A DNA stretch of 64,000 nucleotides, taken from Eubacteriales bacterium (GTDB taxonomy: Bacteria; Bacillota; Clostridia; Oscillospirales; CAG-272). This document shows, one piece after another, positions 56,154-64,000 of this stretch. A program made the translations under genes and the position numbers. The stretch is taken from contig JAZRGA010000018.1 in NCBI GenBank assembly GCA_045643945.1, positions 6,774-70,773 on the forward strand. Reading direction: 5' to 3'. The notes beneath the pieces are model-generated. The model worked only from the letters and a program-made list of their open reading frames with translations, was not told the origin of the DNA and searched no databases. Each line of letters begins with the position of its first letter. The first letter of the stretch is position 1.

Positions 56154-57552
56154 CAGCCGCTACCTCCCCGTCAGATTCATCATCGCCGCGAAGTACACCG
56201 ATGGTTAAAGGCTCGCCGTAAAGCTCACCCGCAAAATAATCAATTCCGATAGCCGCAAGAAGCTCAACCTCGCTCTGCTTGCGAACGTTTGAAAATTCCG
56301 CCTTAATTCCCATAGACTCAAGAGTCTTGCTAAGACCTATAACGTAAGCCTTAGTCTTTGTATTTGTTCCCATCTTATCAAGCAAATGCTTCTTTAAGCA
56401 AACGCTCTTTATGGGAAGCTCATCGAGATACGGGAAAATCGAGAACTTATCTCCAAATTCGTCGACCTCAAAGGTAAATCCCGCATTAATATAGGAATCG
56501 AGAACCGTGTTCCAATCTATACCCGATCTAATCATATCTGCTTCAACGAGTGAGAAGCAGATCTTTGACGGGTCTATCTCGTAGCTTTCTGCCGTTTCTG
56601 TTACATAACGGTAGAAATCCTTATTTTTAAACTGCTGCGCCGAAACTCCGAATACAACGCTTGGAATATCGCTATCGGGAGTCCAAAGACTGTCAAGGTC
56701 CTCACAAAGCTTTTTAAACGCAAGCTTTTCAAAACGAACTATCTGTCCGCTCTGCTCACCGATAGGAGCAAGTATATCCGCCTTGAGCGTTCCGTAATAC
56801 GCATCGTTTACCTTGACCTTTACTCGGTAAGAATCGATATTCTTCTCTCCTGCCTTATATCTCTTGCGATACTCAAGCTTAATGCCGTATGTATCAGGAG
56901 TAGGCTTGCTCATTTCGGTCTTGTAAATATCGACCGTATATTCACGCAAAGCGTCTATATCCGAAAGGAAGATATTTATAAGTCGCTTATCGAGTGCGCC
57001 AATCGAGCCGCGAAGCTCCTCAACCGCACTGTCAAAGTCAAACGTACCCATAGCGCCCACAAAGAGCATATTATCGAATCTGTCAACGATAGCCGCAATT
57101 CTTCCGACAATAGAAATGCTTCGCGCATCCTTTGCCTCGGGGAAGCCTCTGCCTGTAAGCTCCTCGTGATGCTCGGTTATTGCCTTAGCAAGACACCACT
57201 CAAAGCTTGGACGGTCATACGCAGGAAGATAATACAAAAGCTCCTCCTTAACCGCCTCTATGCCCTCGCTTGCATGGCTCTCATACTTTTTTCTTCTGTG
57301 CGGAGCGGTACAATAGAATGAATGATGATAATCTCTTTCTATGCGAGTCTTTCCGATATCGTGATAGTAAACCGCATCAACAATGTTCTGCGGCTCTATT
57401 CCAAGCTTTACGAACCAATCCTTGTCCTTGAGTCGCTCTACAAGGAATGAAGCAAGTAACGCACTTCGCTCGCTATGCTCCCTTATCGGAGAAGGCAGCT
57501 TCATAATAAGCATATTCAATTCTTTCTTGGTCAGTTTACGCTCGTTATCCAT
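56146..57552 (-). CDS. Cytoplasmic HD-GYP-like domain plus degenerate EAL-like domain protein (c-di-GMP turnover or sensing)
   Basis: 468 aa. YYHDIGK and EHHEELTGRGFPEAK (HHExxxGxGFP variant of HD-GYP). The C-terminal half carries EAL-like remnants: FSLVEADMIR, FEVDEFGDKFS, IKAEFSNV. Confidence 0.55.
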   Translation of the reverse strand: MDNERKLTKKELNMLIMKLPSPIREHSERSALLASFLVERLKDKDWFVKLGIEPQNIVDAVYYHDIGKTRIERDYHHSFYCTAPHRRKKYESHASEGIEAVKEELLYYLPAYDRPSFEWCLAKAITEHHEELTGRGFPEAKDARSISIVGRIAAIVDRFDNMLFVGAMGTFDFDSAVEELRGSIGALDKRLINIFLSDIDALREYTVDIYKTEMSKPTPDTYGIKLEYRKRYKAGEKNIDSYRVKVKVNDAYYGTLKADILAPIGEQSGQIVRFEKLAFKKLCEDLDSLWTPDSDIPSVVFGVSAQQFKNKDFYRYVTETAESYEIDPSKICFSLVEADMIRSGIDWNTVLDSYINAGFTFEVDEFGDKFSIFPYLDELPIKSVCLKKHLLDKMGTNTKTKAYVIGLSKTLESMGIKAEFSNVRKQSEVELLAAIGIDYFAGELYGEPLTIGVLRGDDESDGEVAADE

Positions 57553-57686
57553 TTTTCTGCCACTCTCTCTTTCTGTCTTTAAAACTGTTTTATAGATGAT
57601 TTTATGAATATTTTATCGAAAAAAATCCATTAAATCACCTCAAAAAAGGCGTGAAAAACCAAATGGGACAATGACCCATTTTTTAG

Positions 57687-57715
57687 ATTATAACACAATA
57701 GAAAAAATTTTTCAA
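57687..57715 (-). promoter_or_regulatory. Strong sigma-70-type promoter for the 12-gene TasA-like/SipW operon
   Basis: The minus strand reads TTGAAA (57715-57710), 17-nt spacer, TG-t-TATAAT (TATAAT at 57692-57687), ~130 nt upstream of the ATG at 57552. Confidence 0.6.
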
Positions 57716-57928
57716 GTCTTTTTTTAAATATTGTGACCTTTTTATGATTTTTTTTGAAAATTATGTTTATTTTCACCAATTATTTTTTAAAAAAATTTTT
57801 CAACTATATGACTCAAGGGAGAAAGCCCTCTTTTAGAAAAGTTTCTCCCTTGCGTATTGATATTTTTTTAATATAATGATATAATTAATAAAATGTTATA
57901 AATTTAAACTGTAAATCGGAGATTTAAA

Positions 57929-58777
57929 ATGTATTCAAGAGCATACGTTGAAATAATAAATACCTGCAATATGCACTGCTCGTTCTGTCACGGAACAAAG
58001 CGAGAGAGCCGAATGATGTCGCTCGGAGAATTTGCAAGAATAGTCGGTAATCTTAAGGGCGTTACCGAATATCTGTATTTGCACGTTTTGGGCGAGCCTC
58101 TGACTCATCCAATGCTACCTACCTTTATAGAATACGCAACGAAAAACCGATTTAAGGTTGCGATAACAACGAACGGCACACTGCTTCCAAGGCTTGGCGA
58201 GGCTCTTATAAAATGCGGTGTTTATAAGGTAAACATATCTCTGCACAGCTTTGAACGCTACGGCTCGTTTGACTCTCAAAGAAATTATATTTCCTCCTGC
58301 ATAGACTTTGCGGACAAGGCAAGCAAGAAAGGCGTTCTTTGCGTTCTTCGACTTTGGAATAAAGTGAATAGCGAGGACTCAATCGAGGAAAAGCTTAACG
58401 AATATACTCTCTCACTCTTGCACGAGCATTTCGGTACAGATTGGAGCGACGGCGCGCGCGGAGCAAGAATACGCAATAAGCTTCACCTCGAATACGGCGA
58501 GCGATTTGAATGGCCCGATGAAAAAAGTCAAGATTTAGGCGAGCGAGTTTTCTGCCACGGACTTTCTGACCATTTCGGTATTCTCTGCGACGGAACGGTT
58601 ATTCCCTGTTGCCTTGATGCCGAGGGCGCTATTCCACTTGGGAACGTCTTTGAGAGCGATATTCGTGCAATTCTCAGTTCCGACCGAGCAAAAGCAATCA
58701 AGGACGGCTTTAACAATAAGATTGCCGTCGAGGAGCTTTGCCGCCGTTGTCCTTATGCGAGAAGGTTTAAGATTTAA
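57929..58777 (+). CDS. Radical SAM protein with C-terminal SPASM-like Cys cluster
   Basis: 282 aa. CNMHCSFC (CxxxCxxC) and C-terminal CHG...CCLDAEG...CRRCPYA. Confidence 0.75.
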   Translation: MYSRAYVEIINTCNMHCSFCHGTKRESRMMSLGEFARIVGNLKGVTEYLYLHVLGEPLTHPMLPTFIEYATKNRFKVAITTNGTLLPRLGEALIKCGVYKVNISLHSFERYGSFDSQRNYISSCIDFADKASKKGVLCVLRLWNKVNSEDSIEEKLNEYTLSLLHEHFGTDWSDGARGARIRNKLHLEYGERFEWPDEKSQDLGERVFCHGLSDHFGILCDGTVIPCCLDAEGAIPLGNVFESDIRAILSSDRAKAIKDGFNNKIAVEELCRRCPYARRFKI

Positions 58778-58928
58778 GATTTATTTTTCACCATTATGAC
58801 TGCGTTCGACGGTCGAGCGTACTATGTTATTTAAAGTTCCCCGATTGAAAGTTTTTGGCGCTACCTTTTTTCAAAAAGGTAGCAAAAAACACTTAACATA
58901 AACTAACTATAAAAAGGAGATAGAAAAA

Positions 58929-60362
58929 ATGCAAATATACAATTCATTAACGAGAAAAAAAGAGGAATTTATACCAAACGAGGCAGGAAAGGTAAGTATG
59001 TATACCTGCGGACCAACGGTATATCATTTTGCGCACATAGGCAACTTAAGAAGCTATATAATGGAGGACGTGCTTGAAAAATATCTTCGTTACGGCGGAC
59101 TTGACGTTAAGCGTGTAATGAATATAACCGACGTAGGACATCTTTCAAGCGATGCCGATACGGGCGAGGATAAGATGCTCAAGGGAGCAAAAAGAGAAAA
59201 CAAAACGGTTCTCGAAATTGCAAAATTCTATACCGACGCATTTTTTGAGGATTGCAAAAAGCTTAATATTAAAACTCCCGAGGTAGTAGCACCCGCAACG
59301 CAGTGCATTCCCGAATTTATTTCAACGATAGAAGCGCTTATAGATAAGGGCTATGCTTATGAAGCAGGCGGAAATATTTATTTTGATACCTCAAAGCTCG
59401 AGCAGTATTACGTTTTCAACGATTTCAAGGAGGAGGACCTCGAGGTAGGCGTTCGAGAGGGCGTTGAGGAGGATACCAATAAGAGAAATAAGGCAGACTT
59501 CGTTTTGTGGTTTACTAAGTCAAAATTTGACTCGCAGGAGCTTAAATGGGATAGCCCTTGGGGTATAGGATATCCAGGCTGGCATATCGAATGCTCTTGT
59601 ATCAGTATGAAGCATCTTGGCGAATATCTTGACTTGCACTGCGGCGGAATTGATAACGCATTCCCCCACCACACTAACGAAATTGCACAGAGCGAGGCTT
59701 ATGTAGGTCATAAATGGTGCAATTATTGGTTCCACGTTCACCACTTGAATACAAATTCAGGTAAAATGAGTAAATCAAAGGGCGAATTTTTAACGGTTTC
59801 GCTTCTTGAAAGCAAGGGATATGACCCGCTCGTTTACCGCTTCTTCTGCTTGCAGTCGCATTACCGTAAATCGCTTGTATTCAGCTATGAAAATCTTGAT
59901 AACGCGGCTATCGCTTATAATAAGCTAGTTGCAAGAATTGCGGCTATTATGAAAGACGATAACGGAGAGATAGACAGAGCGGCATTTGATACGCTTAAGG
60001 CGGGATTTGTTGCAGCGCTTGATAATGACCTTAATACATCGCTTGCAGTTACCGCTCTTTATGACGTACTTAAGGCGGATACAACACCCGCAACCAAGCT
60101 TGCACTTATAGCAGACTTTGATAAGGTTCTTTGCGTTGGACTTATTGACGCCGCAAAGCGTGTAAATTCCGAGGAGGATAAGACCGATTCGAGCGTAGAT
60201 AGCGATTTCGTTGCTTATATAAACGATATGATAGCTCAAAGAGCCGCCGCAAAGAAGGAAAAGAACTTCGCGCGCGCCGACGAGATACGCGCAGAGCTTC
60301 TCGCTAAGGGAGTTACTCTTATCGATACCCGTGAGGGAACTAAATTCGAGATTAATAAGTAA
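58929..60362 (+). CDS. cysS: Cysteine--tRNA ligase
   Basis: 477 aa with MYTCGPTVYHFAHIGNLRSY (HIGH), GWHIECS and KMSKSKG. Confidence 0.9.
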   Translation: MQIYNSLTRKKEEFIPNEAGKVSMYTCGPTVYHFAHIGNLRSYIMEDVLEKYLRYGGLDVKRVMNITDVGHLSSDADTGEDKMLKGAKRENKTVLEIAKFYTDAFFEDCKKLNIKTPEVVAPATQCIPEFISTIEALIDKGYAYEAGGNIYFDTSKLEQYYVFNDFKEEDLEVGVREGVEEDTNKRNKADFVLWFTKSKFDSQELKWDSPWGIGYPGWHIECSCISMKHLGEYLDLHCGGIDNAFPHHTNEIAQSEAYVGHKWCNYWFHVHHLNTNSGKMSKSKGEFLTVSLLESKGYDPLVYRFFCLQSHYRKSLVFSYENLDNAAIAYNKLVARIAAIMKDDNGEIDRAAFDTLKAGFVAALDNDLNTSLAVTALYDVLKADTTPATKLALIADFDKVLCVGLIDAAKRVNSEEDKTDSSVDSDFVAYINDMIAQRAAAKKEKNFARADEIRAELLAKGVTLIDTREGTKFEINK

Positions 60363-60425
60363 GATAGTTAGAGTATAATTAAGGCGGGGAAAGAAAACTT
60401 TTTAAAAAAAGCTTTTCTTCCCCCG

Positions 60426-60470
60426 AACCCCCATCTTTCAAAAATTTTGAAGCGTGGGGGTTATTTTTTT
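60426..60470 (+). terminator. Rho-independent terminator of cysS
   Basis: AACCCCCA ... TGGGGGTT stem with inner TCAAAA/TTTTGA pairing, followed by TTTTTTT. Confidence 0.7.
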
Positions 60471-60911
60471 GCCGTAATAAGTGCGCTCGACGGAGGAAAT
60501 ACAGCTTTAATTTTGAAAAAAGGCTAACAAAAAGCCTTCTCCTTGAGGAGAAGGTGTCAACCCAAGGGAGCGAAGCGAGTGATGCGGTTGACGGATGAGG
60601 TGGAAAAAACTTGAAATTTTGCTTTTCTCCATTCATAACGCCTTCGGCTACACCTCATCCGCCTCGCAGGCTCGGCACCTTCCCCTCAAGGGGAAGGCTT
60701 TGAGTTTGCTTTTTGTCAAAAGATGAAATATGATAGCTGTATTAAAAAACGTATACATTTGATAGAAGACACCTCATCTGTCAAGCGCTTGACGATTGAG
60801 TGCCAATAGAACGGTGGCTTACTGCCGCCAAAAATAACCGGTATAAATAATAATATGGCGGGAGATAACCCCCGCCAATAATATTATTCTATTTTTTTGC
60901 AAAAAGCAATT

Positions 60912-61781
60912 TCAAAGTCTTCTCGCTGCTCTGCACGCGCCCACCACGGGAGGAACTGTCAGCAAGGAAAGCGGAGCTTTGGTTTTTTCAATCAAAAGCT
61001 CATAAAAAAGCGTAGAATTAAAGAGTCCGCCTGCGCAAATGATTTCCTCTATTCCGCACATTTCGCAAGCCGTATTAAGAGCCGATTCGATGCGCTCTGC
61101 GACCGTTGCGACGTTTCTTTCGATTATCTGACGCGCCATAGAGTCACCCTGCTCGCACGCCTTGAAAACGAGCGGAGAAAAAGACGCAACGTAAGTCTTT
61201 CCTTTTTTATAAAAATCGCTCAAAGCATCGTGTGCCGACGAGCCGAGCCTATCAAGCAGCAATCTGCAAAGCGGAAAATCGAGCATTTGAGTCGATTTTT
61301 CCTCGCAATCAAGCAAAAAACGCAACGCCTCTCTGCCTATATCGTACCCCGAGCCGCCATCGTCGAAGAAATGTCCCCAACCGCCAAAGCGCAAAAGTCT
61401 GCCCTCGGTACGCAAAAACAGAGCGCTTCCCGTTCCGCAAATCAGTGCGCCCGCATTTTCAAAGCGAGAGCAGTTTATCAAATTCAATGCGTCGGTACCG
61501 TTATCGACCTTAGCCTCGGGATAGCGATTTTTCAAAAATTCCTTAATTTTTATCGCATTTTCACCGTATCCGCCGCCCGAAACACCCGCAAAAACGGCAT
61601 CGGGCGCAATATTTTCGCATAATTCGTCAAGTCCCTGCGATAAAAGCGAGATGCATGCGTCAATTCCTATATCGTTAGGATTTCCCGCTCCTAAAATTAC
61701 CCTTTTTAACTGATTTTCATTCTCGTCGCAAAGCAAAAAATCGCTTTTCGTTCCGCCTACGTCAATTCCTACAAGGTGCAT
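60912..61781 (-). CDS. BadF/BadG/BcrA/BcrD-type ATPase, N-acetylglucosamine kinase-like
   Basis: 289 aa with LVGIDVGGTKSDF, GVSGGG and DDGGSGYDIG. Confidence 0.7.
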   Translation of the reverse strand: MHLVGIDVGGTKSDFLLCDENENQLKRVILGAGNPNDIGIDACISLLSQGLDELCENIAPDAVFAGVSGGGYGENAIKIKEFLKNRYPEAKVDNGTDALNLINCSRFENAGALICGTGSALFLRTEGRLLRFGGWGHFFDDGGSGYDIGREALRFLLDCEEKSTQMLDFPLCRLLLDRLGSSAHDALSDFYKKGKTYVASFSPLVFKACEQGDSMARQIIERNVATVAERIESALNTACEMCGIEEIICAGGLFNSTLFYELLIEKTKAPLSLLTVPPVVGACRAARRL

Positions 61782-62545
61782 TATTCGACCTCGATAAATG
61801 CGCAGACGGGTAAATGGTCGGAATAATAAGTTCCGTCGGGCGCTTCATCGCAAAAAGCAAAGGATTTCGTTATGTCGCAAGGCATATTTGTAAAAATATA
61901 GTCAATTTTTGCCATTTTTTCCATTTTACCGTAATCGTGGAAAGTGCCCTCTATACCCGAAGTACAATCAACAAGCCTCAGATGCTCGTTGGCGCTAATT
62001 GCGCGTATTTCCTTTGACGCAGGACCTGCATTAAAATCACCCGTTAGAATACACGGCTCACGCTTTTCGCTTATATACTGCATAAGCTGCGTAACACCAA
62101 GCAAGCGCGCGGTGCTACCGATATGGTCGAGGTGCGTATTAATAAACCAAAAGGGCTTTGCACTATGCTTTAAGCTAAGCAAAAGCGCGGTAGTTATTCT
62201 CGGGCATTTGCTTTGGTCCTCACCGTAGCGACTTGCGGGAATGCGCGGAGTTGCCGAAAGCCAAAAATTATCAAGGCTTATAAGCTCAAATTTATCAATT
62301 CGGTAAGCAACCGCCGCCGATTCGCCACTGTAATCGCTATCTCTGCCGCATCCGAGAACGTAATAGCCGTCAAGCATCTTTGCAAGCTCACTGCGCATCA
62401 TTCCCGTAGCCTCTTGAAATCCCACGATATCGGGCTTTTCGGTGTTTATAAGCTCTGCAATTCTATGCTTGCGAAGCTCAAAATCATTTTGTCCCTTGTC
62501 AACGCAAACACGAATATTAAAAGTAAAAATTTTCAATTGTTCCAT
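61781..62545 (-). CDS. Endonuclease/exonuclease/phosphatase (EEP) family protein
   Basis: 254 aa with IFTFNIRV, IVGFQEA, TGDFNA and YSDHLPV. Its stop abuts the start of the kinase gene. Confidence 0.8.
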   Translation of the reverse strand: MEQLKIFTFNIRVCVDKGQNDFELRKHRIAELINTEKPDIVGFQEATGMMRSELAKMLDGYYVLGCGRDSDYSGESAAVAYRIDKFELISLDNFWLSATPRIPASRYGEDQSKCPRITTALLLSLKHSAKPFWFINTHLDHIGSTARLLGVTQLMQYISEKREPCILTGDFNAGPASKEIRAISANEHLRLVDCTSGIEGTFHDYGKMEKMAKIDYIFTNMPCDITKSFAFCDEAPDGTYYSDHLPVCAFIEVE

Positions 62546-62667
62546 TTTCTTTTTCCTTTCTTAAAATCGTAAAAATCATTATTTTCAAGATTATTTTACA
62601 ACATATAAGCAAAAAAGTCAATAAAATAGCGATTTTTTTGGATTTTTTTAAAAATCGCGCAAAGCTA

Positions 62668-62696
62668 TTGACACTCGATTTTTAGCGTGCTATAAT
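62668..62696 (+). promoter_or_regulatory. Sigma-70-type promoter for the GNAT gene
   Basis: TTGACA (62668-62673), 17-nt spacer, TG-c-TATAAT (62691-62696). Confidence 0.6.
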
Positions 62697-62730
62697 TTTT
62701 GTAATAAATTATTAAAAACGGAGATAAAAA

Positions 62731-63213
62731 ATGAAAATACGCGCCGCGAGTTACGCAGACCTTGACCAAATTATAAGCATTTACGCCCGCGCCCGCCAAT
62801 TTATGCGTGAGCATGGCAATCCGACCCAATGGGGCTATTCCTATCCCTCAAATGAGCTTATTATTTCCGATTTGAAGCATGGGCGCCTATTCTTAGTCGT
62901 CGACAACGAAAATGCGATTGCAGGCGTTTTTTCCTGCTTTGTCGACGGTGACCCCGATTATGACGTTATAAAGGGCGCTTGGCTTAACGATAAGCCTTAT
63001 ATCGCCATTCACCGAATTGCAAGCGCGGGAACGCATAGGGGAATTTTTACGCATATTCTCAATTATTGCCTTACTCTTTCAAGCAATATAAAGATAGATA
63101 CGCACGAAAACAATACCGTTATGCAGTCAGTGCTTGAAAAGCACGGCTTTAAGCGTTGCGGAATTATCACCGCCGACGGACTTGAATTTATCGCCTTTCA
63201 GTTTTCTAAATAA
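62731..63213 (+). CDS. GNAT family N-acetyltransferase
   Basis: 160 aa. The layout is typical of a small GNAT (IRAASYADLDQIISIY...HRIASAG..RGIF...). This is a family-level call only. Confidence 0.7.
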   Translation: MKIRAASYADLDQIISIYARARQFMREHGNPTQWGYSYPSNELIISDLKHGRLFLVVDNENAIAGVFSCFVDGDPDYDVIKGAWLNDKPYIAIHRIASAGTHRGIFTHILNYCLTLSSNIKIDTHENNTVMQSVLEKHGFKRCGIITADGLEFIAFQFSK

Positions 63214-63235
63214 TAAAAACAAATAATATTACGCA

Positions 63236-63267
63236 AAAAGAACGCCGCAGGCATAAGCCTGCGGCGT
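63236..63267 (-). terminator. Rho-independent terminator of the solute-binding protein gene
   Basis: ACGCCGCAGGC / GCCTGCGGCGT perfect 11-bp stem, followed on the minus strand by TCTTTTTG. Confidence 0.75.
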
Positions 63268-63308
63268 AATTGCTATCAAATATTCAGTTTTTTAATTAAA
63301 CCGAACTA

Positions 63309-64000
63309 TTACGACAATCCGAGCCAGCTATCAACTGCAGCGATATCACTGTCATACATAGCCTGTTCAGACTCGTATGCGCCCTGTGCGGTAGTAGCAC
63401 CACCTGCGTGTACGCCTCTAACAACGTCTCTCCAGCACTGGTTAAGAACGCCGTTAAGCTGAGGTGCGTAAACGGAAATGAAGGTGAACTCTACGTTATC
63501 TGCGATAATGTTGAAGATAGCGATAGACTTGGTTACAGAACCGTTAGTATCGTCAGTACCGAAGTACTTAGGCTTAACTATTCTGTTGATGTAGTAACCA
63601 CGAACGTTGGTGTAAGACTCCTCAGTAGAGTACTGGAGGTAAGCGGAAACCATCTCACCCTTGGTAGGAACAGAGCTCTGCGAGTGATCGATTACAGTCA
63701 TAAGAGTGTAAGCGTCATGTGCGGTTGTACCGTAGTTCAACTGCTCTGCATCGTACTTAGGCATAGGAAGAAGTCCGAACTCAGCTTCCATCTCACGGAG
63801 AGTGGTGTTATCTGTCTCATTGTTGTAAAGAATGTGGAGAGCGAAGATGCTCTTGTTTGCAGCAAAGTGAGAGATAGGCTCAGAGTAACCACCAAGTGAG
63901 CAGTTACCTGTATCGTCATCATTACATACACCTACGGAAATCTGACCGTTGAGAAGGTTCTGTGCCTTAGTAATAGCTTCCTCGATCTTGGTGTTACCTA
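63309..64000 (-). CDS. ABC transporter extracellular solute-binding protein, C-terminal part (5' end outside the window)
   Basis: The frame stays open upstream of the track's Met (63791) to the window end (..GNTKIEEAITKAQNLLNGQISVGV..). The C-terminal sequence PMPKYDAEQLNYGTTAHDAY...DSWLGLS is reminiscent of large sugar-binding lipoproteins. This is a family-level guess. Confidence 0.55.
   Translation of the reverse strand, partial: GNTKIEEAITKAQNLLNGQISVGVCNDDDTGNCSLGGYSEPISHFAANKSIFALHILYNNETDNTTLREMEAEFGLLPMPKYDAEQLNYGTTAHDAYTLMTVIDHSQSSVPTKGEMVSAYLQYSTEESYTNVRGYYINRIVKPKYFGTDDTNGSVTKSIAIFNIIADNVEFTFISVYAPQLNGVLNQCWRDVVRGVHAGGATTAQGAYESEQAMYDSDIAAVDSWLGLS

Noticed and set aside
57553-57686. 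c-di-GMP riboswitch or attenuator in the leader of the TasA-like operon
   Set aside because: The leader has only a weak 7-bp AT-rich hairpin (AAATGGG/CCCATTT) right at the predicted transcription start. I saw none of the conserved GEMM-I/II sequence features. It remains possible as a weak attenuator, but this is unsupported.
60897-61622. 241-aa plus-strand ORF overlapping the BadF-type kinase gene
   Set aside because: The opposite strand encodes the recognisable ATPase motifs (GIDVGGTKS, DDGGSGYDIG). The plus-strand product is Arg/Lys/Ser-rich with no recognisable motifs.

Overview
This 64-kb window looks like chromosome from an anaerobic Gram-positive bacterium, probably Clostridia. Supporting signs are lipobox lipoproteins, SipW-type signal peptidases, a type-2 IleRS and Hdr/Flx redox genes. 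All calls rest on motif reading of the supplied translations and on manual reading of intergenic DNA; no database search was run. Layout: (1) 1-8.1 kb, minus strand: secreted SGNH/GDSL esterases and EEP-fold (endonuclease/exonuclease/phosphatase) lipoproteins. One is a 1117-aa esterase carrying three tandem ~212-aa repeats. (2) 8.4-20.9 kb, plus strand: a tightly packed 12-gene operon. It encodes LDH-like malate dehydrogenase, class II fumarase, HdrB/C/A, MvhD, three Flx-like Fe-S/flavin subunits, a soluble FrdB/FrdA-like fumarate reductase pair and an AAE-family transporter. I read this as a candidate soluble NADH- and ferredoxin-coupled (electron-bifurcating) fumarate reductase pathway. (3) 21-36 kb: a TIR-Sel1-TPR protein, ileS, a GH20-like hexosaminidase, a BspA-type LRR lipoprotein, a membrane protein and a 1017-aa MBL-fold surface protein. 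That last gene has its signal peptide split off by a frameshift and is followed by an unannotated 31-aa secreted-peptide ORF. (4) 36.3-39.6 kb: an AT-rich remnant of an integrative element (excisionase, frameshifted and truncated integrase, two orphan genes) next to tRNA-Pro(CGG) and several scrambled tRNA-Pro fragments. (5) 40.6-57.6 kb, minus strand: the most unusual locus, a 12-gene operon. It holds seven paralogous TasA/camelysin-like proteins, six with a SipW-class [YFL]-[AS]-W-[FLI] signal and one (55389..56153) with a divergent MLFAE N-terminus. It also holds two SipW-type signal peptidases, a membrane-anchored McrB-like AAA+ NTPase, a coiled-coil partner with no visible nuclease motif, and a leading HD-GYP-like/degenerate-EAL protein. 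One of the TasA-like paralogs is a 1798-aa LRR adhesin. (6) 57.9-64 kb: radical SAM/SPASM protein, cysS, a BadF-type sugar kinase, another EEP protein, a GNAT acetyltransferase and a partial ABC solute-binding protein. I saw no rRNA, CRISPR array or intact transposase.
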